This document shows, in pieces, positions 45,870-56,834 of a stretch of 64,000 bases of DNA (position 1 is its first letter; every line of letters begins with the position of its first letter). The DNA lies in assembly GCA_033764015.1 (NCBI GenBank), contig JANRJK010000008.1, positions 34,685 to 98,684 on the forward strand, written 5' to 3'. The DNA comes from Candidatus Sumerlaeia bacterium. GTDB taxonomy: Bacteria > Sumerlaeota > Sumerlaeia > SLMS01 > JANRJK01. A program made the position numbers and the translations under genes. The notes under the pieces are model-generated. The model saw only the letters and a list, made by a program, of their open reading frames with translations. It did not search any database and had not been told where the DNA came from.

Positions 45870-47734
45870 GCGCGCACCGCCTTGGAGAGAAGGCCCAGCG
45901 CGCGTTCCGCGGCGCCGAGCGCGTCCTGCCGCGCTGCGGGGTCGTCGGATCCCGGGGCGTAGCGCGCGCTGTCGGCGCGCGAAACGACGGTGCGGAAGGC
46001 ATCCAGCGCATCGTCGCCCACACCATGCTCGCGGAGGCCGGCGACCGCCTCGTCGAGCGTGAGTCCCTGCGGCGAGCGGCCGAGGAGCGCGGCGGCCATG
46101 AACATCGCGCCGCGCCGCAGCTCGGCGTAGAACTCCTCGCCGGTGGCCTTCGCCATGCCGGCGCGCGCCTTTCGCACCGCGGCGTCGGCTTCCTGGCGCC
46201 AGCGCTTCGCGAGCGTCCGCCCCGCGTCGGCCCCCGCCCGGCGGCGGCGCGTCCAATGGACCGCGAGGCCGGCGCCGGCGGCGCCGAGCGGAAGGACAAG
46301 GTGCGCGGCGAGGAACCAGGGGCGTGTGTAGAGCGGACGATCCGTGAGGCGCGCGTCGCCCGGCTGGACCGAGCGCCGGTCGATGAAGGCGATGTCGTCC
46401 CCGAGCTGGCGGGCGCCCTCCCGCTCCGCCTCCGCGGCGGCGCCGCGGGCCGTCGTGGCGATGGCGATGCTCGCCGCGGTCGAAGGGGTGATCGTGATCG
46501 CGACCGGCTCGGTCCGGGCGATGGTGTGGCGCTCCGTCGCCGGGTCGAAGAATGCGAACGCCAGCGGCGGCACGCGGACGGCGCCGTCGCGCTCGGCCCG
46601 GAAGATGTACTCGAACTCGCGGGAGGAGTAGAACCTGCCGCCGTTCTCGCGCGCGGCCCCGGAGGCGGTGGTCTCCACGAGCGCGAGCCCGTCGATCCCC
46701 GGAAGCGCCGGGGGCGAAAGCGCTTCGTAGTAGCCCTCGCCCTCGATCCGGAGGCGGAGCGTCACCACGTCGTTCTCCGCGACGTTAGCGCGGTCCACGG
46801 TCGCGGTGAACCGTCCCGATCCAACCGTCGTCCCCAGCACCGGCTCCGGGGGCTTTGGAAGTTCTCGCACGTCGATCTCGACGGGCACGGTGCGCATCAC
46901 CGCCGTGATCGAGCGTGGCGTGAGGAAGAGGAATTGGCGGTCCGCGTTGTTCTGCGTGGGAAGTCCGACGCGGTAGGTGACTCCATCGATGAATCGTTTG
47001 CCCGACTTGGTGGCGAGGAGATATGTCTCGTTGATGAGCGCGCGCACCATCCGCCTGCCCTGGAACTGGACCGCCTGCCATTGGAGGCCGACGTTCCGCT
47101 GCCAGGCGTCGTTGCTCGACAGCTCGACGAAGTCCGCGCCGCCGAGCGTGTCGTCCCGCGCGATGCTGACTGGGGCGGGCAGCGACGGATCCCGGTAGAG
47201 GAACGTCCGCACGCGCATCGCCTGCTGCTCGAAGAGGCCGGTGTCGTGCTCGGTGAAAACAAAGTATCGGCCTTCCAGCTGCTCGTTGACCTCGCGGCTC
47301 TCGGTGCGCGCGGAGATGACCCCGGAGAGGCCGCTGGCGTCGACCGTCGGCACCTCCTTCACGCGGCCGGCGACCGGGTTGCTCTGGACCTCGCGCGAGC
47401 CCACGCGCCCCGTCGCGGGGCCGATGGCGAAGTCACCCACCGCCTTCGCCGACAGCGCGAAGGTCCATCGCTGGGTGAATTCTTCCCGCCCGTTCACGAT
47501 CACCTGGGTGCTGCTGCGCGACGGCCCCGCGACCACGGAGATGTTCTTCGACGCTTCGATGTCCGGATAGGTGATCTCGAGGCGCTCGCGGCCCTTGTAT
47601 GTGATGACGTACTGGAGCGTGCCGCCCACGGTGGGTTCCGGGTCGGAGAGCTCCGCGGTGAGTTCCTGCGCGCGGGCGGCCGGGAGCAGCGCGAGGAGGA
47701 GCAGCCAGAGCAGGGCGAAGGATCGCGTCACCAT
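45866..47734 (-). CDS. batD: BatD (oxygen tolerance) family protein
   Basis: Signal peptide, SSTQVIVNG, F.IGPA, repeated Ig-like modules, FFDP, C-terminal TM and D.ARYAP. Confidence 0.85.
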   Translation of the reverse strand: MVTRSFALLWLLLLALLPAARAQELTAELSDPEPTVGGTLQYVITYKGRERLEITYPDIEASKNISVVAGPSRSSTQVIVNGREEFTQRWTFALSAKAVGDFAIGPATGRVGSREVQSNPVAGRVKEVPTVDASGLSGVISARTESREVNEQLEGRYFVFTEHDTGLFEQQAMRVRTFLYRDPSLPAPVSIARDDTLGGADFVELSSNDAWQRNVGLQWQAVQFQGRRMVRALINETYLLATKSGKRFIDGVTYRVGLPTQNNADRQFLFLTPRSITAVMRTVPVEIDVRELPKPPEPVLGTTVGSGRFTATVDRANVAENDVVTLRLRIEGEGYYEALSPPALPGIDGLALVETTASGAARENGGRFYSSREFEYIFRAERDGAVRVPPLAFAFFDPATERHTIARTEPVAITITPSTAASIAIATTARGAAAEAEREGARQLGDDIAFIDRRSVQPGDARLTDRPLYTRPWFLAAHLVLPLGAAGAGLAVHWTRRRRAGADAGRTLAKRWRQEADAAVRKARAGMAKATGEEFYAELRRGAMFMAAALLGRSPQGLTLDEAVAGLREHGVGDDALDAFRTVVSRADSARYAPGSDDPAARQDALGAAERALGLLSKAVRA

Positions 47735-48738
47735 TGCTTGAACCGATCCGGCGGGGTGTTGGGGTTCCGCCCTTGGCGAAGCGTCACGTTCTCGGTGTCG
47801 CCGAGAAGGTTTAGCAGTCGGCGCGCTTCCTCCTCGGTCATCTTCTCGTCCTCTCGGCCATCCTGCCCGCCCTGCTCGTCGCGGTCGCCTTCGCCTTGCG
47901 GGTTGGCTTCGGACTGCTGCTCCTCCCCCTGCTGCCCGGTCTGCTGCTCCTGCTCCTTGTTGCCTTCCTGCTGGTCCGCGGAAGGGGGCTGCTCCGACTG
48001 CTGCGGATCCGCCTGGGGCTGGCCCGTCTGGGGGCTTTCCTGCTGCTCGCCCTGCTGGTCGGCACCGGACTCCTGCTGCTGTTCCTGGTCCTGCTGCTGC
48101 CCTTGGCCGCCGCCCTGGTTCTCCTGCTGCTCCTGCTGCTCTTGCTGTTCCTGCTCCTGCTGCTCCTGCTGGTCGGACTGCCCCTGCTGGGGTGGTGGAA
48201 CGGGAGCGACCGCAAGGTCGTTCAGGAACCGCTGAACCACGCCGCGGTTCACTTGGGCGTCGTCCCACTGGGGTGAGAGCCGGCGCGCCGCGTCGAGGCT
48301 GTCGAGCGCCTGGATGCCTCGCTCCAGCGCAGCGCCGCGGTCGGGCTCCTCGCCTTCGAGGGACTTGCGGGCCTCGTCGAAAAGGACGCGCCCGCGGTTG
48401 TAGAGGGCGCGGGCGCTCAGCTCCGGGTTCTCGCGCGCGAGGTCCGCGGAGCGCCGGAATAGCTCGGCGGCCTCCTCCAGGCGCCCCTGGCGGGCGGCGG
48501 TGAGGCCGAGGTTGAAGATCGGCTCGGCGAGCGCGGGATCGCGCAGGCGCGCGGCTTCGAACTCGCCGGCGGCCGCGTCGAAGTCCTGCGCCTCGTAGCT
48601 CTGGGCGCCGCGCTCGATCCGTGCGGGCACGTCGTTGCCCCAGGTGAAGCCCAGCGGCGCGGGCGTGGGCGCCGGGGATTGCGCCGCGGCGGGGAACGCG
48701 GCGAGCGCGAGGACGGCCGCCAGCGCGGAGCGCGTCAT
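47728..48738 (-). CDS. batC: BatC-like TPR protein with Gln/Glu-rich tail
   Basis: TPRs (FNLG, ALYNRG, DAQVN), long Q/E low-complexity linker, M..EEARRLL..L, ends in W. Confidence 0.82.
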   Translation of the reverse strand: MTRSALAAVLALAAFPAAAQSPAPTPAPLGFTWGNDVPARIERGAQSYEAQDFDAAAGEFEAARLRDPALAEPIFNLGLTAARQGRLEEAAELFRRSADLARENPELSARALYNRGRVLFDEARKSLEGEEPDRGAALERGIQALDSLDAARRLSPQWDDAQVNRGVVQRFLNDLAVAPVPPPQQGQSDQQEQQEQEQQEQQEQQENQGGGQGQQQDQEQQQESGADQQGEQQESPQTGQPQADPQQSEQPPSADQQEGNKEQEQQTGQQGEEQQSEANPQGEGDRDEQGGQDGREDEKMTEEEARRLLNLLGDTENVTLRQGRNPNTPPDRFKQW

Positions 48739-49757
48739 GCGGGCACCTCCTTCGGGGGCTGCGCGGCCGCGGCGCTCCGGCGTTCGCCGAAAAGCGCCTC
48801 GAGCAGCAGGAACAAGAGCGCGATGGCGAGGGGCCACTGGAAGCGCTCCTCGCGGACGATGCGCCGCGTCGCTTCGAAGTCGCTCTTCTCGTAATCGGCG
48901 AGCGTGGCGATCAGCGGGCGCGCGTCGAAGCTCGCCCCGGGCTGCACGACGTAGGCGTCGCCGCCGGTGAGCCTCGCCACGGAGGCGAGCGTCTCGATGC
49001 CGAGGCGGGAGACCACCTTCGCCCCGTCCTCGTCCTCCACGATGGAGCCGTCGGGGTTGCGGAGGAGGCTTCCCTCCGCGGACCCGAGGCCGACGGTGTA
49101 CACGACGACGTTCTTGGCGGCGGCTTCGCGGGCGGCGGCTTCCGCCTCGCCGCTGTGGTCTTCGCCGTCCGTGACGAGGATGAGGATCCGCGTGCCCTGC
49201 CCGGCGCGCTCGAAAGCCTCGACGCCCTTGCGGATCGCTCCGGCGATGTTGGTGCCGGGGGTCATGACCACGTCGGGGCGGAGCTGCCGCACCAAGTCGA
49301 GGAGTAGGCCGTAGTCGGTTGTGAGGGGGCACTGGAGGAACGGCTCTCCGGCGAAGGGCATCAGGCCGACGCGTTGCCCGGGGAAGCGCGAGAGGACGTC
49401 GCGGACAACAGTGCGCGCCTGGTCCAGTCGCGTCGGGGCTAGGTCCGTCGCGAGCATCGAGCGGCTGACGTCGACGGCGAGCATGATGTCGAGGCCGCTG
49501 CGTTGCAGCTCGCGCTCGCGCGTCCCCCAGTAGGGCCGCGCCACGGCGAGCACGCTGAAGGCGAACGCGGCGTAGAGGAACACCGCCTTGTGGAAGCGGC
49601 GCCCAGGGGACGCGTGCGGCGCGAGCACCCGCCAAGTGTCGCGGTGCGCGAACGCCTCCATCTTCGCGAGGCGCCGCCGCCGCGACCAGATGCCCGCGAG
49701 CGCGAGCGGCGCCAGCAGCAGCAGCAGCCAGAGGTACTCGGGAGAAATGAAGCCCAT
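48735..49757 (-). CDS. batB: BatB-like VWA domain protein
   Basis: A.ARPYWG, DVSRSM (MIDAS), P.RL, CPLTTD, TDGEDH, ERFQWP. Confidence 0.9.
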   Translation of the reverse strand: MGFISPEYLWLLLLLAPLALAGIWSRRRRLAKMEAFAHRDTWRVLAPHASPGRRFHKAVFLYAAFAFSVLAVARPYWGTRERELQRSGLDIMLAVDVSRSMLATDLAPTRLDQARTVVRDVLSRFPGQRVGLMPFAGEPFLQCPLTTDYGLLLDLVRQLRPDVVMTPGTNIAGAIRKGVEAFERAGQGTRILILVTDGEDHSGEAEAAAREAAAKNVVVYTVGLGSAEGSLLRNPDGSIVEDEDGAKVVSRLGIETLASVARLTGGDAYVVQPGASFDARPLIATLADYEKSDFEATRRIVREERFQWPLAIALLFLLLEALFGERRSAAAAQPPKEVPA

Positions 49758-49768
49758 GCGCGCCGCCC

Positions 49769-50770
49769 TCAGGGAATCCGCACGAGCAGGAACGCCCGCA
49801 GCAGGAGTTCGAGGCCGAGAAGCAGCAGCGCGGGGACCCAGAGCCCCGCGAAGCGTTCGTTGAAGTCCGCGGTTTCGTCCACGGAGATCTCCGTCTTCTC
49901 CATCGCGTTGATCTCGTCGTAGATGCGCAGGAGGCTTTCGGTGTCCACGGCGCGGAAGTAGCGTCCGCCGGTGGCCTCGGCGATCTCCGTGAGTCCGCGC
50001 TCGTCCACTTCGGCGTTGATCGGCTGGTTCACGATGCCGCCGAAGGGGGTCTTCTGCGGGATGTAGGCCGGGCCCTCGCCGCCGACGCCGATGGTATAGA
50101 CGCGTACGCCGAGCGCCTGCGCCGCCTCCGCGGCCTGCGCGGGAGTGATGCGCCCGGAGTTGTTCACGCCGTCGGTGAGCAGGATGACGACGCGCGACTT
50201 GGCCTCGCTGTCCTTCAGCTGGCTCACGCCAAGGCCGAGGCCGGTGCCGATCGCCGTGCTTTCGTTCGTGATGATGCCTTGGTAGATCGTGTTGATGAAC
50301 GTTTCGACCGCCCCCCGGTCCATGGTGGGCGGACAAAGGAGCGCGGCGGAGGTCGCGAAGACGACCACCGAGAGCCGGTCCGACGGGCGGTTGCGGACGA
50401 ACTCCGTCGCGGCGAGCTTCGCCGCCTCGAGCCTGTTCGGCTTCAGGTCGACCGCCTGCATGGAACCGGACACGTCGAGCACCAGGGCGATGTCCACGCC
50501 GAGGGACTGGACGTTGCGCTCGATGGTCCCGAGTTGGGGCCTCGCGAGCGCCACCACTCCGAGCGAGAGCACCATCGCGCGCAGCCACGGGAGCGAGGCC
50601 ACCGCCCGGGTCCTCCAGGTGGCGCCGAGACCCCTCAGCACGGCGGTGTCGCTGAACAGGAACGTGGGCGTTTCGCGACGCGCGGCGCGCAATTGGCGCC
50701 AAAGCAGGAGGGGAACGAGCACGATGCCCGCGAGGACCCAGGGGTGGAGGAAGCGGAACTCGTTGATCAC
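49769..50770 (-). CDS. batA: BatA-like VWA domain protein
   Basis: ALARPQ, DVSGSM, PNRL, TAIG.GL, LLTDG.NN.G, VYTIGVG, TGGRYFRA, IN.MEK. Confidence 0.92.
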   Translation of the reverse strand: MINEFRFLHPWVLAGIVLVPLLLWRQLRAARRETPTFLFSDTAVLRGLGATWRTRAVASLPWLRAMVLSLGVVALARPQLGTIERNVQSLGVDIALVLDVSGSMQAVDLKPNRLEAAKLAATEFVRNRPSDRLSVVVFATSAALLCPPTMDRGAVETFINTIYQGIITNESTAIGTGLGLGVSQLKDSEAKSRVVILLTDGVNNSGRITPAQAAEAAQALGVRVYTIGVGGEGPAYIPQKTPFGGIVNQPINAEVDERGLTEIAEATGGRYFRAVDTESLLRIYDEINAMEKTEISVDETADFNERFAGLWVPALLLLGLELLLRAFLLVRIP

Positions 50771-51699
50771 GCGGCCGCGCCTCCCGCGGTCTCGGCGGCG
50801 CGCCCGCGGGCCCGCTCCGCGTCGAGGAAGAGCTCGGCGGCGGCGGCGTCGGCGGAGGCTACCTCGCGCTCCAGCGGTTGGCGCGCGAACTTCGCCAGCG
50901 ACGAGCGGGTGAAGAGCTCGGAAAGCGGTTCCGACGCGGCGCGGTGGGCGAAGTCGCGTCGCAGCATCCGCACCATTTCATCGTCGGACAGCTCCATCGC
51001 CGCCACCCCGTAGGCGCGTTCGATGTAGCGGCGGACCGCCATGGAGAGCGCGGTGTAGTGCTGCTCGGGACCGCTCGCGTCGAAGACGCGCATGGTGCGG
51101 AGACCGCGGACGGCCTGGAGCGCCTCGTCGATCGGCGGCAGTAGCGCCTGCGCGGCGGGGAGGGCGACCGCCTTGCGGCGGTCCAGCCAGGCCCCGACGG
51201 CGTAGCCACCGGCCGCCGCGATGAGCAGCGCGCCCGCACCATAGGCGAGGTTCCGCCAGAACCAGTCGTACGGCATGATCGCCGGCGCGGTGTAGTCGCG
51301 CGCCTCGCCGGCCTCTCCGGCGAGCTCCGCCACCGCGAGGGCGACCTCCGCGGTCGGGAACTCGACGCGTCGCCCGTCCGCCAGCGTCGCGGTGACCGTC
51401 GCGGGGCCGAGCGAGACGTCGCCGGTCTTGAGCACCCGCAGTTCGGCGAGGAACGACGTGCCGTCGCGGCGCGCGGCGCCCACCAGCGCGAGGAAGGACT
51501 GGTCCTTCGGAAGGGAAACCTCAACCGCCTCGGCCTCGGTGCCCGCGGGGAGGTAGATCCGCAGCGGGATCGGGACGCCGACTTCCGGCGCCGCGACGGG
51601 CTCCGGCTTGAGCACCGCCTTCGGCGCCATGACGGCCTCCTGAGCATGGAGGGCGGCGGCGAGGAGGAGCGCCGCGAAGAGCGGGCGCGCGGTCTTCAC
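50767..51699 (-). CDS. Conserved Bat-operon membrane protein
   Basis: Signal peptide, single TM, Y.ALS..VRRYIE, A.ELS..E, LAKFA; sits between DUF58 and batA. Confidence 0.75.
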   Translation of the reverse strand: MKTARPLFAALLLAAALHAQEAVMAPKAVLKPEPVAAPEVGVPIPLRIYLPAGTEAEAVEVSLPKDQSFLALVGAARRDGTSFLAELRVLKTGDVSLGPATVTATLADGRRVEFPTAEVALAVAELAGEAGEARDYTAPAIMPYDWFWRNLAYGAGALLIAAAGGYAVGAWLDRRKAVALPAAQALLPPIDEALQAVRGLRTMRVFDASGPEQHYTALSMAVRRYIERAYGVAAMELSDDEMVRMLRRDFAHRAASEPLSELFTRSSLAKFARQPLEREVASADAAAAELFLDAERARGRAAETAGGAAA

Positions 51700-52589
51700 C
51701 GGCCGGACCCCAGGCGCGCGGCGCGCTTCTGGAAGAAGCCGATCAGCTCGGGCGCGAAGTCCTTGTCGGTGCGCAGCTCGATGTGGTCGATGGCGAGGGA
51801 TCGGAACTCGCGGCGCAGCTCCTCGCGGCGGGCCCGGAAGCGCGCCTCGACCGCTTGGCGGACCCGCGCGCTGGAGGTGTCCACCAGCACCGTCTCGCCG
51901 GTCTCCGCGTCCTCCAGGTTCACCAGCCCCGCGTCGGGGAGCGACTCCTCCCTCGGGTCGGAGACGGTGACCGCGATGAGGTCGTGGCGCGAGTTGGCGG
52001 CCGCGAGCGCGCGGCGAAGGCCGGGTTGCTGGAAGTCGGAGATCAGGAAGATCACCGCCTTGCGGCGCTGGAGGCGGGTGAGCGTCGTGAGCGCGCCGAC
52101 GATGTCGGTGCGCTGGCGGCGCGGGGCGGTCATCAGCTCGCGCACCACCAGGAGGCCGTGGCCGCGCCCCTTGCGCGGCTGCATGTACAGCTCCACGTCG
52201 TCGCTGAAGAGCATCAGCCCCACGCGGTCGTTGTTGCGGATCGCGGAAAAGGCCAGGACCGACGTGACGACGGTGGCGAGGGGGCGCTTCCGCCGGGGCA
52301 CGGACCCGAAGAGCGTCGAGGCGGAGATGTCGACGGCGAAGATGACCGTGAGCTCGCGCTGCTCGATGTACCGCTTGATGAAGGGGGTGCCGGAGCGGGC
52401 CGTCACGTTCCAGTCGATGAAGCGGACGTCGTCGCCGGGCTGGTACTCGCGGACCTCGTTGAACTCCATGCCCTGGCCCTTGAACACGGCGTGGTACTCG
52501 CCGGCCATGACGGAGTTGACCAGCCGCCTCGTCATGATCTCGAGGCGGCGGACGTCGGCGGCGTTCTCCAGCAGGTCCGGTACGGGCAT
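51696..52589 (-). CDS. DUF58 domain protein
   Basis: FKGQGMEF.EVREYQPGDDVRFIDWNVTAR, VDISAS, DRVGL, ISDF. Confidence 0.93.
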   Translation of the reverse strand: MPVPDLLENAADVRRLEIMTRRLVNSVMAGEYHAVFKGQGMEFNEVREYQPGDDVRFIDWNVTARSGTPFIKRYIEQRELTVIFAVDISASTLFGSVPRRKRPLATVVTSVLAFSAIRNNDRVGLMLFSDDVELYMQPRKGRGHGLLVVRELMTAPRRQRTDIVGALTTLTRLQRRKAVIFLISDFQQPGLRRALAAANSRHDLIAVTVSDPREESLPDAGLVNLEDAETGETVLVDTSSARVRQAVEARFRARREELRREFRSLAIDHIELRTDKDFAPELIGFFQKRAARLGSGR

Positions 52590-52601
52590 CGGGCGGGGGC
52601 C

Positions 52602-53639
<1,038 letters not shown>

Positions 53640-53662
53640 AGGGATGCCTTGGCGGGTTCCGT

Positions 53663-55141
53663 TCAGGGTGTGATGGTGGCGAACATGCTGCTGCCGTCGC
53701 GCTCGTAGCTGACCACGGGGGGCTTCTGCGGAGTCGCGGACTTCATCGCCTCGCGGAAGTCCTCGACGCCGCGGACCCGGACTCCGCTGATGCGCCGCAG
53801 GACGTCGCCCTCGCGGATGCCGGCGCGCGCCGCGGGGCTTCCGGGCGCGACGCTCTCCACGACGACGCCGCCGCTGGTGCGCGATTCGCGGACGGCGAGG
53901 CCGAAGAACTCGTCGTCGCGCTCCGGCAGCAGCAGCCCGGGGAGGCCGTCGCTATTGCGCTGCGCCGAGGCTAGGTCCTGCTCCGACGGGCGCTCCATGA
54001 GGCTGGTCTCGATGATGATCTGGACGGGCTCGCCGTCCTCGTCGAGGCGGAGGACATCGAGCTTGATCGTGTCGCCGGCGCCGCGCGCCGCGATCGCGCG
54101 CAGCATGTCGTCCGGGTCCTTCACCGGGCGCGAGTCCACGGCGCGGATCAGGTCCGCGGGTTCGAGGCCGGCGGCCAGCGCGGGAGTGTCGGCCTGGACG
54201 GACTCGACGAGGACGCCGGCGAAGTCCTCGATGCCGTAGCGCCGCGCGAGGTCCGGCTCCATGGCGAGCGCCATCATCTGGACGCCGAGGTACCCGCGGC
54301 GCACGCGGCCGTGGTCGAGGAGTTCCGTGGAGATGCGGCGCGCGTCGTTCGAGGGGATCGCGAAGCCGACCCCCTGCCAGAGGCCGTTGCGGCTGGCGAT
54401 GGCGTTGCTCACGCCGACCACGCGCCCCTCGAGGTTGACCATCGGACCGCCGCTGTTGCCGGGGTTGATGCTCGCAGTGGTCTGCAGCAGGTTCTGGATC
54501 GTGATGCTGCTGCCGAGGTAGCGCCCGCGGGCGGAGATGATCCCCTCCGAGACGGAGTTGTTGAATTCGAGCGGGTTGCCGAGGACGAGCACCCACTCCC
54601 CCACCTCTGCCATGTCCGAGTCGGCGAAATCGAGCGGGCGGGCGGTCACGCCCTCCGGGATATCGAACGCCAGCACGGCCAAGTCCGCCAGCGAATCACG
54701 TCCGACCACCCGGACGTTGCCGTAGCCGATCCGCGGGCCCGTGTCGGTGTCCGTGGTCCAGCTCGACGCGTCGAGTTGAAGCGCGATGTCGGCGTCCGAC
54801 TCGGTTCGCTGCACGACGTGGTTGTTGGTCAGGACGTAGGCGGTCGAGCCGTCCACGCGGATGATGAAGCCGCTGCCGGCGGAGGAGTTGATGTCCTCGA
54901 GCGATTGGCCCGGGGTCCGGCCGAAGAAGCGGAGGAACTCCTCCATCTGCGGATCCTGGGACTGCAGGAGCTGGGTGACCTGCTGGTTGCGGACGCTGAT
55001 GCTCACCACGGAGGGCAGGACTTGCTTCGAGACCTTGATGAAGGTCTTTGGGGTGAGAACCTCGTCGGTCGTCTGGGCGGCGACCGGGCCCGCGGCGAGC
55101 AGGGCGGAGAGCGCGAGGAGTGTGGTCAGGCGGCGGAGCAT
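53663..55141 (-). CDS. HtrA/DegP-like serine endoprotease with two PDZ domains
   Basis: Signal peptide; GSGFI, TNNHVV, DLAVL, INPGNSGGP, GFAIP, RGYLGV; two PDZ domains. Confidence 0.93.
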   Translation of the reverse strand: MLRRLTTLLALSALLAAGPVAAQTTDEVLTPKTFIKVSKQVLPSVVSISVRNQQVTQLLQSQDPQMEEFLRFFGRTPGQSLEDINSSAGSGFIIRVDGSTAYVLTNNHVVQRTESDADIALQLDASSWTTDTDTGPRIGYGNVRVVGRDSLADLAVLAFDIPEGVTARPLDFADSDMAEVGEWVLVLGNPLEFNNSVSEGIISARGRYLGSSITIQNLLQTTASINPGNSGGPMVNLEGRVVGVSNAIASRNGLWQGVGFAIPSNDARRISTELLDHGRVRRGYLGVQMMALAMEPDLARRYGIEDFAGVLVESVQADTPALAAGLEPADLIRAVDSRPVKDPDDMLRAIAARGAGDTIKLDVLRLDEDGEPVQIIIETSLMERPSEQDLASAQRNSDGLPGLLLPERDDEFFGLAVRESRTSGGVVVESVAPGSPAARAGIREGDVLRRISGVRVRGVEDFREAMKSATPQKPPVVSYERDGSSMFATITP

Positions 55142-55520
55142 CGTGGGGGATTCCTCCTAAGGGGCGCCGGGCATCGAGTCCAGCGATGGCGAGTGGAATC
55201 AAGCATCGTGCCGCATTTCGGCAAGGAGCCGGACGCCCGGTAATGGGCGAAGGGGCGGAAATCGGGTGGTTGGAGCACGGGACTTGCGGCGGCCCCGCCC
55301 GAACACCCGCCGACGCGGACTCTTCCTGTCGCTCTTCTGTGCAAGGGTGTCACAGCCGCAAGCTTCTTAAGGCGTTCGCGGCGGATTCCATGGCTTGCGG
55401 GAAGTCACGATTGGCGGGGACTCCGGCATTGACCCGGACCGGCGGAGGGGGCGTTCTGTTCAGCTTGGTTCGGGATCGAACCGCATCTGGCGCCCCGCGA
55501 GAGGGGAGTGATTCAACCGC

Positions 55521-55733
55521 ATGACTTTCATCGTCCTCGAAGCCGACGAACCCATCGACCGGGCGCTCAAGCGCTTCAAGAAGGAATGCCAGAAGGCCGG
55601 CATTCCCGCAGAGGTTCGCCGCCGTGAGTTCCACGAGAAGCCTTCCGTGAAGCGCAAGCGCAAGGAAGAGGCAGCGCGCCGTAAGATGCGCCGCCGCATG
55701 ATGAAGCAGCGCCGCCGTCTCGAGCGCATGTAG
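55521..55733 (+). CDS. rpsU: 30S ribosomal protein S21
   Basis: EPIDRALKRFK...KAGI..EVRRREFHEKPSVKRKRK; GAGGGG RBS. Confidence 0.95.
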   Translation: MTFIVLEADEPIDRALKRFKKECQKAGIPAEVRRREFHEKPSVKRKRKEEAARRKMRRRMMKQRRRLERM

Positions 55734-55762
55734 TCCGCGCCACGGTACCAGCGGTTGTAACG

Positions 55763-55796
55763 ACGAAGGCCCCGGTCTCACGACCGGGGCCTTCGT
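55763..55796. terminator. Hairpin between convergent rpsU and ppa
   Basis: ACGAAGGCCCCGGTC-TCAC-GACCGGGGCCTTCGT, perfect 15-bp stem. Confidence 0.78.
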
Positions 55797-55820
55797 GTTG
55801 GTGGGAGGCGGGCGCCGGCC

Positions 55821-56540
55821 TCAGCGCTTCTCGGTGGCCGCGGCGAGGCAGTTCTCGAGGTCGCGGTAGCGCTCGCGGTAGTCGAGCCGCGTGGCGTGGA
55901 TCACCTCGTGGGCGGCCTCGCGGCGGTACACCTCGACGATTTCCACGTCCTTGCGCGGGTTCTCGGGGGATTGCTTGTAGGTGAGGAAGTAGTGCTTCAG
56001 CCGGACGATGAGCGGGAGCGGCGCCTCGGTCAGGTCCGTCAGGCCCCCGTACACCGCGTCTCCGTCCAGCACCGCGATGATCTTGTCGTCCGCCTCGTTG
56101 CCGTCGAGCATCCGGAGGCCGCCGATGGGGATCACGTTGCAGGTGATCTCGCCGTGGGATATGTCCTTCTCGGTGAGGACGCAGATGTCGAGCGGGTCGC
56201 CGTCGCCGACGATGCTGGTGCGGCGGGTGTGCTCGCGGGTGAGCTTGGCGAGGTTCTCGCCGCAGTAGGTCTGCGGGAGGAATCCGTACATGGCGGGGCA
56301 GACGTTCGAGTAGCGCTGGGGCCGGTCGAGCCGGAGGTGCCCGGTCACCTTGTCGATCTCGAACTTCACCGTGTCCGTGGGGACCATTTCGATGAAGGCG
56401 GTGCAGATGTGCGGCGCCTTGGGTCCGATGGGGATGCCGTGCCAAGGGTGGGTCTTGAAGAGGGTGCCCACAAGACTCCAGGCCGGGTTGACCAAGCCTC
56501 CTTGCATTCGCCGTTGCCTTTCGATCGTCGTGGGGTGCAT
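55821..56540 (-). CDS. ppa: Inorganic pyrophosphatase (family I)
   Basis: HPWHG, K(F)EIDK, YGFLPQTY, GDGDPLDI, EADDKIIAV, YF.TYK. Start may be 56507. Confidence 0.93.
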   Translation of the reverse strand: MHPTTIERQRRMQGGLVNPAWSLVGTLFKTHPWHGIPIGPKAPHICTAFIEMVPTDTVKFEIDKVTGHLRLDRPQRYSNVCPAMYGFLPQTYCGENLAKLTREHTRRTSIVGDGDPLDICVLTEKDISHGEITCNVIPIGGLRMLDGNEADDKIIAVLDGDAVYGGLTDLTEAPLPLIVRLKHYFLTYKQSPENPRKDVEIVEVYRREAAHEVIHATRLDYRERYRDLENCLAAATEKR

Positions 56541-56834
56541 CGCGCTTGGTCCCGGTTGGGTTGGTGCTTGCCGAGGTGTAGCGCAATGGGGAGTGGAAGA
56601 CCAGCAGAAAAAACGTTTTACTTCGGAAACTCCCGCTTGTTCCCGCTTCCGCGCCAACATCGCGGCGCAGTGGGCGGTCCTTCTGTCCGGTGGCCGCGGC
56701 GGAACCGATCGCGGCCATTCTCCGCTTGGCGACCCGCGAGGACAGGGCAGACATTCCCGCCCGCCGGAGCCTGCGGCAAGGGCATCCCGCAACCAGAGCG
56801 GCAGACAACTTCCCCTGACTCGAGGTGACTAGCG

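Noticed and set aside
47860..48190. Possible CRISPR or tandem repeat array
   Set aside because: In-frame Gln/Glu codon reiteration inside batC; no constant repeat with unique spacers and no cas genes.
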